DNA of 64,000 nucleotides from Bilabrum cf. latius (Eukaryota): assembly GCA_965178125.1 (NCBI GenBank), contig OZ237736.1, forward strand, positions 1,302,001 to 1,366,000. Reading direction: 5' to 3'. The position numbers were made by a program, and so were the translations under genes. A model generated the notes under the pieces. It did no database searches, was not told where the DNA came from, and saw nothing but the letters and a program-made list of their open reading frames with translations. Of this stretch, positions 22,864-35,500 are shown piece by piece; position 1 is the first letter of the stretch; each line of letters starts with the position of its first letter.

Positions 22864-25032
22864 TCACACCAGCAGCTCCATGTGGTGGGTGGTGAGGTAC
22901 CCGTACAGCACCACGACGCAGAACTGCTTGTAGGTGATCTCGCCCTCCACGCCAAGATCCTTGCACACGCTGTCCTTGAGCTCGAACAGGAACTTGCTGG
23001 GGTCCTTGGAGCGCTCCTCGTACATGCCCTTGATCTGGGCCTTGTTCTCGTCGTTCACCTCCTGACCAAAGCAACGCAGCAGCTTCTCCAGGCGCTCCTC
23101 CTTAGCCAAGACGTAGTCGATGGACGACTTGTACACGTGGGTCAGGCACTCGTCCAGCTTGTCGCCCTTGATGGTCTTGGTGCCCTCGGGGTCGTAAGTC
23201 TCGAAGGTCGCGTCGATGCGTGGCTTGAGCTTGTAGGCCTTGAGGTGGGAGGCAGCCTCCTTGGCCATGCCGGGCTTAAGGGAGTTACCGGAGTACTTGC
23301 CGGCCTCCAGGTCAGCGACAAAGTTGTTCACGATCGTCTGGAAGTGGGAATGGGACACGTGGATGGCGCCGGCGATCTCGTGCGCGTCGCACAGGTCGGG
23401 GCGCGCGAGCAAGTGGATGGCCAGGGCAAGGCGCAGGAACTCCGTCCTGGAGATCTTGTGGTCGTGGTTCGCGTCCACGTCATCCACAACGTGCTGCAGC
23501 TGCTTCTCGATGTCCGAGAAGGAGGCAGAGGCGAGCTCCTCGAGGGCGGCCTTGGCGGCGTCTGCAGCCTCCTTGGCGGTGTGCTCCGTGAGATGCCTGA
23601 TCTCGGAGGCATCCTCGAGGATGTCCTTGGACACGGTGCCCACCACGCCGTGCATCAGCTTGGCCACCTCATCGCCGTCCACCTCACCGCTCCCGTCCTC
23701 GTCGAACTTGTCGAACTCGATGGAGACCTTGGACATGAAGGGGATGTTGCGCAGGTACTGGCGAGCGGCAGACACGCGGTGCTTGGGGATGCGCATCGAG
23801 TGCCAGCGGCCAGCGGCCAGGTCATCCACGAGCATGTCAGCCACGGCGTCCTCGTACGTGAAGCCCACGCCGACGGAGTGCCCGAGCTCGGCGAGGTCGG
23901 GGCGGTGGATGGCAAGGGTGACGGCCAGGGCGTACCGCAGGAACTCCACGCGGGTCACGCGCCCCTCGTGCTTCTCCACGTCACGGAGGACCTTGTGCGA
24001 GACCTTCTTGACGTCATCATCGCCCATCTTGGCGATCTTCTCGAACTCGGCGCGGGCCAGCGCGATGGCCTCCTCGTCGTCAGCGGCAGAGAAATCGGGG
24101 TGCGACTTCACGTACAGCCTCAGGATGCGGTCCGAGTTGGCGGCCGTCTCCGCGGCGTCCTTGAGCACAGTTCCCACCATGGCATCGAGCTCCTTGCCGT
24201 CAATGAAGCCGGACTTGTCCTCGTCGAGGGCGTCGAACTGCTTCTCCAGGAAAGACACGATCTCGAGGTGCTCCAGGAACTCCACAGCCGCCGCCTTCTT
24301 TGCGGGGCGCAGGTAGACAGAGCGGAATACTCCCTGCGTCGATGAGTGAAGGGGCAAAGAAATGACAAATTTTAAGACACAATCTGCACAGATTGCGAGC
24401 ACAGCTTGAGGGACAGTACACCAAAGCCACAGCACAGCGTAAGCAACTCAGATCCGTACGAAACCTATTCAACACAGCACCAGTGAAAACCCATTCAGCA
24501 CAATTCTATGACAAAATCAGCTCGTGGGGGGCGAGCATCTCGACTACGCGACCTCAAACTGCGGACGCTCGGGTTACACTAGGTGCAGATCCTGATAGCG
24601 AGTCTGCTGTTGAAGCGGATCCAAGGCCCACCAACACTTCCAGATTCAATCAACATTTTAAAACTATTCACGTGGTACACTTGCCGAAGTATCACTCAGC
24701 TTCGAGTTTTTCAAAGCCACCGTTCTCACGGTCCAATTCCCTCAACCGCGCGGCGATCCAAGCACTTCAGGAGCGCATTCTCCAGCTTAAAGCAGGGCCA
24801 GAACCAAATCAAACTGGCAAATTTTCACAGTTGAATTGTCAAATTCCACATTGCAGGCTAGGAGACATGTACATATCCAGGCAACACATGACTGAGCGGC
24901 CCAATCACTTGCAAATCACTTCAGTACCTGTGGAGCGTCTCTCACCTTAGAAAGGTCCTTAGCAAGGCCCTCGATGATACCCTTGAGTGCATGATGCACG
25001 CGAGCAGAGTCAGCACCAGCAACTGCGGCCAT
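22864..25032 (-). CDS. EF-hand calcium-binding protein built from three ~170-aa repeats; complement(join(22864..24333,24946..25032))
   Basis: EF loops DEDKSGFIDGKE, DEDGSGEVDGDE, DANHDHKISRTE, DPEGTKTIKGDK. Splicing intron 24945-24334 (GTGAGA...ACGCAG, phase 0) makes exon 1 align with the internal repeats (DLSK|GVFRS vs DLAAGRWHS vs DLEAGKYSG). Strong GC3 bias, no TAG, TGA at 22864. Confidence 0.85.
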
Positions 25033-25263
25033 TTTCTCAGTATATAATAGCTGTGTGGTGTGACCGGCGCTTGATCCAGTTCGTCGCAAATGTTTGGTTT
25101 TTGTTCGGCTCCGAGTACAAAGTAGCGAGTTAATTAAGGCGCTTGGGTAGGCCCACCCCTAATCTAGCCTGCTACAAGTAAGCATACAGCCAAGAACCGC
25201 GAGGCTATATACTAACTTCACCGAGAAGTTCTGAGGCTGCCACTTGACACTGTTGATTTCCAT

Positions 25264-28200
25264 TCAGCCCTCGGCCCATCCCCACCCGCTTGCTGGCCTC
25301 CCACTAGCAGTCGTGCGCCCTGCCCTGTGCCCCGCACTCCCATCATCAATGTCCTCATGGTCCCGCCACAGCCCGGAATCGCCGGGGGAATTCCCAGGGC
25401 CGTCTTCTATCAGCCCCGAGAGCCCATCGAGCTACCCGAGGAGAGCGCGAGAGGTCGTGGCTGCTGTGACAACGCGACCGTGGCCTGCAGCATTTCCCAT
25501 GCCACTGCCTTGCCATGCACTAGGCACGTCCAGTCCACTAGAGCTGTGAGGTCCAGCCCAGCCTCGCCCCCTGTCTACACCATGTCCTGTGGACGACATG
25601 CGGCCGAGAGGGCCATGCCCCTCGGCATACTTTCTCTCGGACTCGTCTGCACGACGAGAACTTAGCTGCCCTCCGCCTTTCATCCACGCATAGCCTCTTG
25701 GGGTCTCTTTTGCCCTGTGCCCGTGCCCCGAGGCAGTTTTCGGCCTGTGCCCGTGCCCCGAGGCACTTTTTGGCCTTTCGCTGGCTGTCGTCCTAGTCCC
25801 CAGCGTCCTAGTGCGCGCTAGACCCAGGCGAAGCTGGGCCGTGTCTGGCCTGCGGTCACTCTTGATTCTGTTCCTCGCCGCTTGTGATGCACTCGTCAGC
25901 CCCGAGTCCCTACCACGGTGCGATAGACCGCGCGCTGGTCGGCGAGCTGACATGCCGCCAGACGCCTGAGGGTCGGTCGGCCGGCGGGAGCCGCGAACAG
26001 CGCCGTGGAGAAACAGCTGACTGGCCCGCTGTCTAACTCTTGCTTGCTCGCGCAGCTTTGCTCTGTCGCCATGCGACCATGGGTTGCTGGTGTTGGACGA
26101 GTCCGGCGGGGCTAGAACCGGTGCAGATGCCATTAGTGCTTGGGGTACGGGCAACAACGGCGTTGGAGGATGCTATGCCCCACGAGATTGCAGGAGCGCC
26201 CTGGACAGGGACTGTCCGTGGCGCATCTGATCTACTAGTCTGGTTGACATGCTGCTGGAGTCGCCTTGCAGATCTACTTGGCTTCTTGCCGCCCTCTGAG
26301 CAGGAGCCGTGCCAGGACGCTGCCGCCGCTTCGTCTTGCTGAGACTGCTGGCCGGAATGACCACATCGGCATTGAGCCCCAATCCAGCTCCATCCTCTGC
26401 TGCGATCGCGCGCTTGTAGCTACCCCCGCCACTCGTGGTCTGGGAACCAACCACGTGAAGCCGCTGCGATGCCGCTTGGGCGCGTCCCATAGCGCCGATG
26501 TGGTGGCCAAGGACTTTGAAACGCCCGGCTGTCTGTGGACGTCTCGTAGTTTGCGATGGCTTTCTACTACTACGCTTGCTTTTCTTCGTACGAGCGCTTG
26601 CTGCTCGAATTTTTCTCTGTAATTCGGCAGACCGAGTCGTACGCCTCGTTGCATGCCTACCCTATCCAGAGTCCGATTGCTCCCCAGGCGCTCCTCGCGA
26701 CTGCTGCGTGCCTGTGCCAGATTGAGGGCCCTTGGCAGAACTCATGGGCGAGTCCGGCATGTCAGCAGCCTTCCATGGACCGCTTTCTCCATCTGCTGGG
26801 CTTGCCATGGTGGCTTGCGTGCTCTGGTTGTTTGCACGCGCTGCTGCCATTGCGCCCTTGCTATGTTCTGGATCGGCAACAGCAGTGTTCATCTTACCAG
26901 TAGCACCCAATTCAACCGCCATGCCCAACCCCCTCGGTTGATGGGCATGTGACGCTGAGTCCTTGGAACTTTGCGAAACCATTCCGACTGAGCTGGCGCT
27001 TTGGGGGCGAGACTTCGCGCCGGATGGACGGCCAGCAATACCAGCAGATGCATGTGCCGGCCTAGATTTCAGCTACGAGCTACTTGGAATGCGTGCCAGC
27101 TGACGTCCAGACTTGCTTCGCATAAACTTGGCAGAAGTAGGCCGGACTAGGACTGGCACCTCGACGTCACCGTCCTCAAAGTCGTGCATCTCGACCCGCC
27201 GGGCAACCTGCCTGGCAGCTTCCTTCTCAGCAATGCCCTGTGTATCCATTCGAACCAAGCCAAGAGGGTCGTCTTTGGCATGCACAGGGCTTGCCTTTGG
27301 TTTAGGGGCAGCCATCAACACCCTCGCACCGGGAGACAGGCCGCGGCTCGCCGCTGCAGAGACTGACACTGATGCTTTGGATGCAACCGGAGAATCCAGC
27401 AGCCTACCCAAGCCATACCCCCCGCTGGGTGACGCTGGGGACGAGATTCTGTGTGATGGCGTTGCAAGGCTCCGTTCGATGCTCGCTGACATGGCTCCAG
27501 TTGGCGAAGATGCGATCCCACTGATCTGTAGCTGTACCGACGATCGCTCGAGGGCAGCCATTCGAATGGCAGCCTCGCGCTCAGCTTTCTCCACGACCTG
27601 GCTAATATATAGCTGCTGCTTTCGGGCCTGCTATCTGGTCACCTCTTTCAGCTGCTCCAGCTTCTTGAGGGCCCGCCTGCCTTCGGCGATCGCCTTCGAC
27701 TCTCGGCGGCCAGCCTCCTTTCCCCCAGTGATTTCAGAGAGCCTCGAAAAACTCGTGGTGGGATAGCTCGGTTGCCATGGCACCTCAATTTGCTGGCTTT
27801 CATCAGAAGACGATGAAGCAGAATCGGTGTCCGAATCTGAATCGATCGGGATGGTGCGACGGGGAGGCGGTCGAGCTAGGGACTGGGACAGCGCAAGGCC
27901 GCTCCCACCATCAAATGACCCATGGACACCTTCATTACCAGAAAAATCAGTCCCCATTTCTAATGATTGCCGTAAGCCAGGCAGATGGGATCCCTTTTTC
28001 ATCCTCATGCTGCCCTGCGAGAGGAGAGCCACAGACGAGGACTGTCGCTGGGCATCCAGCTCCATGGCTCCGCCTTGGTCGCTAGATGACTTGCTACGCG
28101 AGCGTGAGCGCTTGCGCTTCTTCTTTTTCTTCTCCCAAACTAGCTTTTTCTTGCCGCTCATGGACCTCTGCTTCCGTTCCTGCTGCGTAGCTCTCCCGAT

Positions 28201-29331
28201 AGACTCAAGCACAACAGATGTGTGCATTGAGCGCTGCAGCCAGTCGTAGAATTCGCGGTGGTCAACAGTGCCGCCTTTGTCTGTATCAGCTTTCTAAAAC
28301 ATGTCCTTGGCGAGAAAATGCAGCTGTGAATCAGACAGGTTGACGGGAAGCACGCCCAGAGCGTGCAGGACGAACACTGCCACGCGAAGGAAGTCGGTCA
28401 TCTCGCCCTCGTCCAGCTCCCCCGACAAATCCACGTCGAACAGCTCAAAGCAGAACTCCAGTTTCCGGCGTAATGGACCATCTGCCGTTAAGCCCAAGGC
28501 GAGAAGCAGGTGGATGAGAAAAATCTAGCCATTGCGCTCCACATCGAGAACTGGGAAGACGCTCAAGGGCAAGTTGAGCACAGCCCCCCCGCCTTCTCCT
28601 TGCTCTACAAACAATTCAAAGAACTATCTGCGACTCACTTGCGCGTACATGACACTTTGCGGCTTATCGATTATCCCCAAGTACTGCTTGGCACCTACTG
28701 CTGCGAGCTTGACATGCTGAATCTTGCATCTTCCTAGTGTCCGGAACACGTCGTCCATGGAACGTAATTCCTCTTTCGACCTATGCAGCCTCTGTTCCAT
28801 CCGACGCCTTGCCTCTCTTGTCTTTCGAAGCACGGGGTCCATGGCTTCTTGTGCTTCTTCGAAACGAGCAAGCTCTGGCAGCAAGACTTCGCGTCCATCT
28901 CTGGGAGGTTTGCTGCTCGCCCTCTAAGGCATGGCAGAAGCCTAGGCAAGCACGTCCTTAAGTTTTGGCTGGGTGACCTTCAATAATGGAGATCTAGTAT
29001 CGGGGCCCTTAGGTTGTGCCGATCCTGAAGCAGATGAGCCTGGTGCGAAATGGCCAGCTGCAGATAGAACACCATCTGTATCGCTAAAGTCAAAGGACTA
29101 TCCCGCCTTTCCGCTCTTATGCTGTATTTTGGATACTTCTACGGAGTGAGACCGTGATCGATTCGCTCGAGGTGCCCTCGCAGCTCCTGATACAGTTGAT
29201 TTGCTACGATTTCGATTCCCAAACTTTCCTCCCCTGTCTCTTGCCGTGTTAACTCGCGGTACGGGGGTGATGGATACTTTTGGATCATCTAGATTCGATT
29301 CAGGTATGCTGAGACCTGGAGTATTTCCCAT
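25264..29331 (-). CDS. N-myristoylated EF-hand protein (recoverin/calcineurin-B-like pair) with long disordered tail
   Basis: Eight ORF pieces in one frame joined across 11 TAGs. Starts MGNTPG. Contains RRKLEFCFELFDVDLSGELDEGEM and DMF[TAG]KADTDKGGTVDHREF. TGA at 25264. Confidence 0.8.
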
Positions 29332-29527
29332 TACGAAATAATTGCAATATGAAATTGCCCCACCGGTGGTCCGTTGGGACCTGTAATTCCGGTTTGTGGA
29401 TTGCAAACGTCGCAGTATTCCGCAGACTTGCTATGCGCAGCTGCACACGAAGCAAACAGACGAAGCATGGTATTTGTAACTACTACGTTGCTGCAGAGTT
29501 GCGTGGCATGCGGCAACGGGATATTGT

Positions 29528-32500
29528 TTACTTCCAGCCGCCGTACTGGGTGGTAGTCGACCAGCTTGCCAAGGCGCTCTAGGCTCTTTCTAGCACCAAC
29601 CTATTCTCTTCTTCTACCGCTGATGATGCGCGTACCTCTTTGCTACCAGGTTTCTTAATGTAAGGCGTCTAGTCGAACAAACGCGTAGATTGCAGCCTTT
29701 TGTTCCGCTCGACAGTCTCTGCAAGGCACCGCCGCAAGTGCTCCGACTCTGCCCTTGCAGCCTGCTCGCTCCCACTCGCGAGCATGGCGAGCACTTCATA
29801 CTCCCTCTCGAACGGCTGCACGCTCACACATGACGCTGGCTCGAATCGCGAAGATGGATCATCCGAGACCTGCATCAATTCGGGTGCCAGCGGATGACTG
29901 TCGTCTTCTCTGGTAGTTTTACCTGGCACAGTCACTTGCTGTGCGACCGCACTGTGACTCCCACGACCACCAAAATAATCTGGACCCCTAGACAGCCCAG
30001 CAAACTTACCCAGCTCGGGTACTTCCGGTGATGACGGCATGATACTGGAATCGCCCGGAGCCTACTGCGACACACTAATGCTACAGCATCCATCCTAGCC
30101 AGTCGTGCCAATATGCCTACTGTCCAACTATACCTTCTCCTACTCAGAACCACGGCAAATTATTGGACCAGCACAACGTCTAAGCTTACCTTGTCGATAT
30201 AACCGAACTTGGTTCTACGAAACAGAACGAAGAGCAGCCAGCTCGGCCTGCAGCTTGCTCTCGCTCGCCTGCCCATCGGCCACAGCCTGCTCATTTGCCG
30301 CCTTGGCCGCTGCCAGCTCGGCCTGCAGCTTGCTCTCGCTCGCCTGCCCATCGGCCACAGCCTGCTCATGCGCCGCCTTGGCCGCTGCCAGCTCGGCCTG
30401 CAGCTTGCTCTCGCTCGCCTGCCCATCGGCCACAGCCTGCTCATGCGCCGCCTTGGCCGCTGCCAGCTCGGCCTGAAGAGACTCGGACTTCGATCGAGCC
30501 GCATCGATCTCGCGACGCAGCTCGTCAGTGCTAGTGCTGCCGTCAGCCACAGCCTGCTCATGTGCCGCCTTGGCCGCTGCCAGCTCGGCCTGAAGAGACT
30601 CGGACTTCGATCGAGCCGCGTCGATCTCGCGACGCAGCTCGTCAGTGCTAGTGCTGCCGTCAGCCACAGCCTGCTCATGTGCCGCCTTGGCCGCTGCCAG
30701 CTCGGCCTGCAGCTTGCTCTCGCTCGCCTGCCCATCGCCCACAGCCTGCTCATGCGCCGCCTTGGCCGCTGCCAGCTCGGCCTGCAGCTTGCTCTCGCTC
30801 GCCTGCCCATCGGCCACAGCCTGCTCATGTGCCGCCTTGGCCGCTGCCAGCTCGGCCTGCAGCTTGCTCTCGCTCGCCTGCCCATCGGCCACAGCCTGCT
30901 CATGTGCCGCCTTGGCCGCTGCCAGCTCAGCCTCGAGAGACTCGGACTTCGATCGAGCCGCATCGATCTTGCGACGCAGCTCGTCAGTGCTAGTGCTGCC
31001 GTCAGCCACAGCCTGCTCATGTGCCGCCTTGGCCGCTGCCAGCTCGGCCTGCAGCTTGCTCTCGCTCGCCTGCCCATCGGCCACAGCCTGCTCATGTGCC
31101 GCCTTGGCCGCTGCCAGCTCGGCCTGCAGCTTGCTCTCGCTCGCCTGCCCATCGGCCACAGCCTGCTCATGTGCCGCCTTGGCCGCTGCCAGCTCGGCCT
31201 GCAGCTTGCTCTCGCTCGCCTGCCCATCGGCCACAGCCTGCTCATGCGCCGCCTTGGCCGCTGCCAGCTCGGCCTGAAGAGACTCGGACTTCGATCGAGC
31301 CGCATCGATCTCGCGACGCAGCTCGTCAGTGCTAGTGCTGCCGTCAGCCACAGCCTGCTCATGTGCCGCCTTGGCCGCTGCCAGCTCGGCCTGCAGCTTG
31401 CTCTCGCTCGCCTGCCCATCGGCCACAGCCTGCTCATGTGCCGCCTTGGCCGCTGCCAGCTCGGCCTGCAGCTTGCTCTCGCTCGCCTGCCCATCGGCCA
31501 CAGCCTGCTCATGCGCCGCCTTGGCCGCTGCCAGCTCGGCCTGAAGAGACTCGGACTTCGATCGAGCCGCATCGATCTCGCGACGCAGCTCGTCAGTGCT
31601 AGTGCTGCCGTCAGCCACAGCCTGCTCATGTGCCGCCTTGGCCGCTGCCAGCTCGGCCTGCAGCTTGCTCTCGCTCGCCTGCCCATCGGCCACAGCCTGC
31701 TCATGCGCCGCCTTGGCCGCTGCCAGCTCGGCCTGCAGCTTGCTCTCGCTCGCCTGCCCATCGGCCACAGCCTGCTCATGTGCCGCCTTGGCCGCTGCCA
31801 GCTCGGCCTGCAGCTTGCTCTCGCTCGCCTGCCCATCGGCCACAGCCTGCTCATGCGCCGCCTTGGCCGCTGCCAGCTCGGCCTGAAGAGACTCGGACTT
31901 CGATCGAGCCGCATCGATCTCGCGACGCAGCTCGTCAGTGCTAGTGCTGCCGTCAGCCACAGCCTGCTCATGTGCCGCCTTGGCCGCTGCCAGCTCGGCC
32001 TGCAGCTTGCTCTCGCTCGCCTGCCCATCGGCCACAGCCTGCTCATGCGCCGCCTTGGCCGCTGCCAGCTCGGCCTGCAGCTTGCTCTCGCTCGCCTGCC
32101 CATCGGCCACAGCCTGCTCATGCGCCGCCTTGGCCGCTGCCAGCTCGGCCTGCAGCTTGCTCTCGCTCGCCTGCCCATCGGCCACAGCCTGCTCATGCGC
32201 CGCCTTGGCCGCTGCCAGCTCGGCCTGCAGCTTGCTCTCGCTCGCCTGCCCATCGGCCACAGCCTACTCATGTGCCGCCTTGGCCGCTGCCAGCTCGGCC
32301 TGCAGCTTGCTCTCGCTCGCCTGCCCATCGGCCACAGCCTGCTCATGTGCCGCCTTGGCCGCTGCCAGCTCGGCCTGCAGCTTGCTCTCGCTCGCCTGCC
32401 CATCGGCCACAGCCTGCTCATGCGCCGCCTTGGTTGCTGCCAGCTCGGCCTGCAGCTTACTCTCGCTCGCCTGCCCATCGGCCACAGCCTGCTCATGCGT

Positions 32501-35500
32501 CGCCTTGGCCGCTGCCAGCTCGGCCTGCAGCTTGCTCTCGCTCGCCTGCCCATCGGCCACAGCCTGCTCATGCGCCGCCTTGGCCGCTGCCAGCTCGGCC
32601 TGCAGCTTGCTCTCGCTCGCCTGCCCATCGGCCACAGCCTGCTCATGTGCCGCCTTGGCCGCTACCAGCTCGGCCTGCAGCTTGCTCTCGCTCGCCTGCC
32701 CATCGGCCACAGCCTGCTCATGCGCCGCCTTGGCCGCTGCCAGCTCGGCCTCAAGAGACTCGGACTTTGATCGAGCCGCATCGATCTCGCGACGCAGCTC
32801 GTCAGTGCTAGTGCTGCCGTCCGCCACAGCCTGCTCATGTGCCGCCTTGGCCGCTGCCAGCTCGGCCTGCAGCTTGCTCTCGCTCGCCTGCCCATCGGCC
32901 ACAGCCTGCTCATGCGCCGCCTTGGCCGCTGCCAGCTCGGCCTGCAGCTTGCTCTCGCTCGCCTGCCCATCGGCCACAGCCTGCTCATGCGCCGCCTTGG
33001 CCGCTGCCAGCTCGGCCTGCAGCTTGCTCTCGCTCGCCTGCCCATCGGCCACAGCCTGCTCATGTGCCGCCTTGGCCGCTGCCAGCTCGGCCTGCAGCTT
33101 GCTCTCGCTCGCCTGCCCATCGGCCACAGCCTGCTCATGTGCCGCCTTGGCCGCTGCCAGCTCGGCCTGCAGCTTGCTCTCGCTCGCCTGCCCATCGGCC
33201 ACAGCCTGCTCATGCGCCGCCTTGGCCGCTGCCAGCTCGGCCTGCAGCTTACTCTCGCTCGCCTGCCCATCGGCCACAGCCTGCTCATGCGCCGCCTTGG
33301 CCGCTGCCAGCTCGGCCTGCAGCTTGCTCTCGCTCGCCTGCCCATCGGCCACAGCCTGCTCATGCGCCGCCTTGGCCGCTGCCAGCTCGGCCTGCAGCTT
33401 GCTCTCGCTCGCCTGCCCATCGGCCACAGCCTGCTCATGTGCCGCCTTGGCCGCTGCCAGCTCGGCCTGCAGCTTGCTCTCGCTCGCCTACCAATCGGCC
33501 ACAGCCTGCTCATGTGCCGCCTTGGCCGCTGCCAGCTCGGCCTCAAGAGACTCGGACTTCGATCGAGCCGCATCGATCTCGCGACGCAGCTCGTCAGTGC
33601 TAGTGCTGCCGTCAGCCACAGCCTGCTCATGTACCGCCTTGGCCGCTGCCAGCTCGGCCTGCAGCTTGCTCTCGCTCGCCTGCCCATCGGCCACAGCCTG
33701 CTCATGTGCCGCCTTGGCCGCTGCCAGCTCGGCCTGCAGCTTGCTCTCGCTCGCCTGCCCATCGGCCACAGCCTGCTCATGCGCCGCCTTGGCCGCTGCC
33801 AGCTCGGCCTGCAGCTTGCTCTCGCTCGCCTGCCCATCGGCCACAGCCTGCTCATGCGCCGCCTTGGCCGCTGCCAGCTCGGCCTGCAGCTTGCTCTCGC
33901 TCGCCTGCCCATCGGCCACAGCCTGCTCATGCGCCGCCTTGGCCGCTGCCAGCTCGGCCTGCAGCTTGCTCTCGCTCGCCTGCCCATCGGCCACAGCCTG
34001 CTCATGTGCCGCCTTGGCCGCTGCCAGCTCGGCCTGCAGCTTGCTCTCGCTCACCTGCCCATCGGCCACAGCCTGCTCATGTGCCGCCTTGGCCGCTGCC
34101 AGCTCGGCCTCAAGAGACTCGGACTTCGATCGAGCCGCATCGATCTCGCGACGCAGCTCGTCAGTGCTAGTGCTGCCGTCAGCCACAGCCTGCTCATGTG
34201 CCACCTTGGCCGCTGCCAGCTCGGCCTGCAGCTTGCTCTCGCTCGCCTGCCCATCGGCCACAGCCTGCTCATGTGCCGCCTTGGCCGCTGCCAGCTCGGC
34301 CTGCAGCTTGCTCTCGCTCGCCTGCCCATCGGCCACAGCCTGCTCATGCGCCGCCTTGGCCGCTGCCAGCTCGGCCTGCAGCTTGCTCTCGCTCGCCTGC
34401 CCATCGCCCACAGCCTGCTCATGCGCCGCCTTGGCCGCTGCCAGCTCGGCCTGCAGCTTGCTCTCGCTCGCCTGCCCATCGGCCACAGCCTGCTCATGCG
34501 CCGCCTTGGCCGCTGCCAGCTCGGCCTGCAGCTTACTCTCGCTCGCCTGCCCATCGGCCACAGCCTGCTCATGCGCCGCCTTGGCCGCTACCAGCTCGGC
34601 CTGCAGCTTACTCTCGCTCGCCTGCCCATCGGCCACAGCCTGCTCATGTACCGCCTTGGCCGCTGCCAGCTCGGCCTCAAGAGACTCGGACTACGATCGA
34701 GCCGCATCGATCTCGCGACGCAGCTCGTCAGTGCTAGTGCTGCCGTCAGCCACAGCCTGCTCATGTGCCACCTTGGCCGCTGCCAGCTCGGCCTGCAGCT
34801 TGCTCTCGCTCGCCTGCCCATCGGCCACAGCCTGCTCATGCGCCGCCTTGGCCGCTGCCAGCTCGGCCTGCAGCTTGCTCTCGCTCGCCTGCCCATCGGC
34901 CACAGCCTGCTCATGCGCCGCCTTGGCCGCTGCCAGCTCGGCCTGCAGCTTGCTCTCGCTCGCCTGCCCATCGCCCACAGCCTGCTCATGCGCCGCCTTG
35001 GCCGCTGCCAGCTCGGCCTGCAGCTTGCTCTCGCTCGCCTGCCCATCGGCCACAGCCTGCTCATGCGCCGCCTTGGCCGCTGCCAGCTCGGCCTGCAGCT
35101 TACTCTCGCTCGCCTGCCCATCGGCCACAGCCTGCTCATGTGCCGCCTTGGCCGCTGCCAGCTCGGCCTGCAGCTTGCTCTCGCTCGCCTGCCCATCGGC
35201 CACAGCCTGCTCATGTGCCGCCTTGGCCGCTGCCAGCTCGGCCTGCAGCTTGCTCTCGCTCGCCTGCCCATCGGCCACAGCCTGCTCATGTGCCGCCTTG
35301 GCCGCTGCCAGCTCGGCCTGCAGCTTGCTCTCGCTCGCCTGCCCATCGGCCACAGCCTGCTCATGCGCCGCCTTGGCCGCTGCCAGCTCGGCCTGCAGCT
35401 TGCTCTCGCTCGCCTGCCCATCGGCCACAGCCTGCTCATGCGCCGCCTTGGCCGCTGCCAGCTCGGCCTGCAGCTTGCTCTCGCTCGCCTGCCCATCGGC

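Noticed and set aside
22702-24345. 547-aa plus-strand ORF antisense to the EF-hand gene
   Set aside because: A typical antisense shadow caused by strong GC3 codon bias; it has no domain features.
24334-24945. Possible snoRNA or nested gene in the unusually long 612-bp intron
   Set aside because: I saw no box C/D motif pair, and the plus-strand ORF 24393-24950 has no recognisable features. An Rfam scan would be needed.
30000-30190. Possible introns in the kinesin tail (GTAAGC at 30189, GTAAGT at 30009, minus strand)
   Set aside because: I found no phase-compatible acceptor for the first site, and the frame is open without splicing. Left unresolved.
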